Shown in pieces: positions 61,684 to 64,000 of a DNA stretch of 64,000 bases (position 1 is the stretch's first letter; every line of letters begins with the position of its first letter). Where the stretch lies: the NCBI GenBank assembly GCA_965261735.1, contig OZ253470.1, positions 2,368,001 through 2,432,000 of the forward strand, written 5' to 3'. The notes beneath the pieces are model-generated. The model did no database searches. It had not been told where the DNA came from and saw only the letters and a program-made list of their open reading frames with translations. Position numbers and translations under genes: made by a program. The DNA is from Alphaproteobacteria bacterium. GTDB lineage: Bacteria; Pseudomonadota; Alphaproteobacteria; SHVV01.

Positions 61684-63861
61684 CTAGGCCGCCTGCGCCG
61701 CTCTGCCTGGCAACAGCGAGGCGAGTGCATTGCGGATGATGAGGCGGCCGACATCCCCGTCGAGCGACAGGATCGACTCGGGATGGAACTGCACCGCGGC
61801 GATCGGTAGCTCGCGATGGTGTACGGCCATCACCAGGCCGTCCTCGTTCTCGGCCGCGACGACGAGGTCCTCGGGCAGCCGATCGCGCACTGCAAAGAGC
61901 GAGTGGTAGGCGCCCACGCGACAGGGGTTCGGCACGTCGGCGAACAGGGCGACCCCGTCGTGGTAGAGCATCCAGTACTTGCCGTGCCGGGGGATCGGCA
62001 GGGTTCCGATCTCGCCACCGAAGGCCTCTACGATGCCCTGCAGCCCAAGGCACACGCCGAACTGCGGGATCGCGCGGCCGGCGACTTCCGTCACCAGGGC
62101 GGGCACGCCGTGATCGCGCGGCCGACCGGGGCCGGGCGAATGCACGATAAGGTCGGGCCGCTCCTCGATCGCGGCCAGCACCGCCGCTCCGCGGCGAAAG
62201 GTGCTGACCTCGGCGCCAGTTTGCCGCAGATAGTCGGCCAGGGTGTGAACGAAGGAGTCCTCGTTGTCGACCATGACGATACGGACGCCGGCGTAGGGCG
62301 CCTCGGGCGCGACCGGCGGTGCCGAGGCGGTCGGCGCCGTCAGCGTGGCGAACGCGCGAAAGAAGGCGGTGGCCTTGAGCTCGGTTTCCTTCTCCTCCTC
62401 GGCCGGAACCGAGTCGTAAACAAGCGTCGCGCCCGTGCGGTAGTGGGCGCGTCCGCCCTCGAGATGAGCGGTTCGGATCGTGATGCCGGTCTTGACCGAG
62501 CCGTCGAACATGACCGCTCCGACGGCGCCGCCGTACCAGCGCCGGGGCGAGACCTCGACTTCCTCGATGATGGCGACCGCCTTGCGCTTGGGCGCGCCGG
62601 TGAGCGTCACCGCCCACATGTGCGAGAGAAATGCGTCGAGGCCGTCGAAGCCCTCGCGCAAACGCCCCTCGACGTGATCGACGGTGTGGAAGAGCCCGGC
62701 ATAGCGCTCGATCGAGCGCCGCGCGAGCAGCTTGACGCTGCCCGGCTCGCAGATGCGCGCCTTGTCGTTGCGATCGACGTCGGTGCACATGGTGAGTTCG
62801 ACCTCGTCCTTTTCCGAGTTGAACAGGGCCTTGACGCGCTCGGCGTTCTCCATCGGGTTCGCGCCGCGCCGGATCGTCCCCGATATCGGGGCCGACTCCA
62901 CCCGCCGGCCGTCGACGCGGACGAACATCTCCGGCGAGGCGCCGACGAGCTGTTCCTCGCCGAACTGCAGGAAGAACTCGTACGGCGAGGGGTTGATGCG
63001 CGACATCAGGCGGTAGAGCGCCGAGGGCGGGCCACCATAGTCGACGGTGTAGTCGCGCGACAGCACGACCTCGAAGATATCGCCCGCGTGCATGCGCTCG
63101 CGGGCCGCACCGACCTTGGCCATGTAGGCTTCTGGCGTGTGGTCCGAGGCGATCGCGGAACCGACCGAGATACGCCCGGAATCGGCACGCGGCAGGGGCG
63201 CGAAGGCCTCCTCCGAGCAGCCGACGGTGCTCATGCCGCGCTTTTCGAACTCGTACTCGTAGCTGCGCGCGACCTCGAGCCGGCGGTCGACCACGAGAAT
63301 GCGGTCGGGCAGGTAGAGGTGCAGCACCTTGTCGGCGGCGCCGCGCGGCATGCGCAGGGGCAGCGGGTCGAACTGAAAGATGAGATCGTAACCGAAGGCA
63401 CCGTAGAGCCCGAGGAAGCCGTCCTCGAAGCCCACGAGCTCGCGCAACAGGGACCGGATCGGCGTGAATACCGAGGGCCGGCGGCTCCGCTCTTCCTCCG
63501 CGAACACGCCCTCGGACTCGGCCACCGCGAGCACGAGCTCGCGCGCCTCGCTCGTCTCCAAGACCACCGCCGGATCCTCGAGCAGGATCGGTTTCGCCAT
63601 CGCCAGGATCGACGTCCCGCGCTCGTTGAGCGCACGCACCCACAGCCGGCGCCCGCGGGCCACGAGCTCGAGCGGTGGATCGACAAAGCCGAAGTCCCAA
63701 CGCGTGTAGAGGGCCTGGTCCTCGACACCCGAAGACAGATAGGCCCCGCGCTTGCGGTCGAGGGCCTCGGCCACGAACTCGATGCCGCGCTTGAAGTCGA
63801 TATCGCGATCGGTGCGGCTGATGAGAAGACCGGAGGGCGAGGCGAAGGTATAGCCGGTCAT
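61684..63861 (-). CDS. trpE(G): Fused anthranilate synthase components I and II
   Basis: LYGAFGYDL, NPSPY, GASPEMFVRV, PISGT, ELTM.TDVDRNDK, TGAPK; DNEDSFVHTL, SPGPG, GVCLG, QFHPES. Confidence 0.93.
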   Translation of the reverse strand: MTGYTFASPSGLLISRTDRDIDFKRGIEFVAEALDRKRGAYLSSGVEDQALYTRWDFGFVDPPLELVARGRRLWVRALNERGTSILAMAKPILLEDPAVVLETSEARELVLAVAESEGVFAEEERSRRPSVFTPIRSLLRELVGFEDGFLGLYGAFGYDLIFQFDPLPLRMPRGAADKVLHLYLPDRILVVDRRLEVARSYEYEFEKRGMSTVGCSEEAFAPLPRADSGRISVGSAIASDHTPEAYMAKVGAARERMHAGDIFEVVLSRDYTVDYGGPPSALYRLMSRINPSPYEFFLQFGEEQLVGASPEMFVRVDGRRVESAPISGTIRRGANPMENAERVKALFNSEKDEVELTMCTDVDRNDKARICEPGSVKLLARRSIERYAGLFHTVDHVEGRLREGFDGLDAFLSHMWAVTLTGAPKRKAVAIIEEVEVSPRRWYGGAVGAVMFDGSVKTGITIRTAHLEGGRAHYRTGATLVYDSVPAEEEKETELKATAFFRAFATLTAPTASAPPVAPEAPYAGVRIVMVDNEDSFVHTLADYLRQTGAEVSTFRRGAAVLAAIEERPDLIVHSPGPGRPRDHGVPALVTEVAGRAIPQFGVCLGLQGIVEAFGGEIGTLPIPRHGKYWMLYHDGVALFADVPNPCRVGAYHSLFAVRDRLPEDLVVAAENEDGLVMAVHHRELPIAAVQFHPESILSLDGDVGRLIIRNALASLLPGRAAQAA

Positions 63862-64000
63862 GAAAAACTCCTGTGTCGCTTGCCCGGCGCGGCCGGGCCG
63901 CGCCCGAGGCGAACTCAATGTGTGAAAGCTGGAAGGTGCGGCGGGTGCCGCTCAGGCGCGCGGGCGCCTCACCATCGGAAGGCGACGAATGGAGGTATGA

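Overview
High-GC alphaproteobacterial chromosomal window, inferred from gene content and order. A conserved backbone (pduO-type adenosyltransferase, etfBA, hbd, tlpA, argH, lysA, TIGR02302, ftsEX, DUF218, nrdJ, DUF2125, tyrC, hisC, chorismate mutase, metX, metW, trpE(G)) is interrupted by accessory blocks. Main signals: (1) a tandem array of six CntA/YeaW-like Rieske oxygenase alpha subunits (four intact, one frameshifted, one truncated) with near-invariant Rieske domains, divergent catalytic domains, an altered iron-site motif and no reductase in the window; (2) three near-identical IS1595-family copies with 8-bp TSDs, plus a 64-bp MITE that looks like a direct-repeat deletion product of the same IS and keeps its sigma70-like promoter; (3) a stressosome operon (FixL-type heme-PAS RsbR, RsbS, RsbT, RsbX) coupled to an RsbU_N-PAS-GGDEF protein, now disrupted; (4) a GIY-YIG nuclease bracketed by inverted CGTC-tagged palindromes; (5) single accessory genes flanked by copies of the 3' end of the upstream core gene; (6) a methyltransferase gene split by three mobile elements. 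Frameshifts and insertions were seen only in accessory genes. No rRNA, tRNA or CRISPR array was recognised. All calls come from reading the sequence and recognising motifs; no database search was run.
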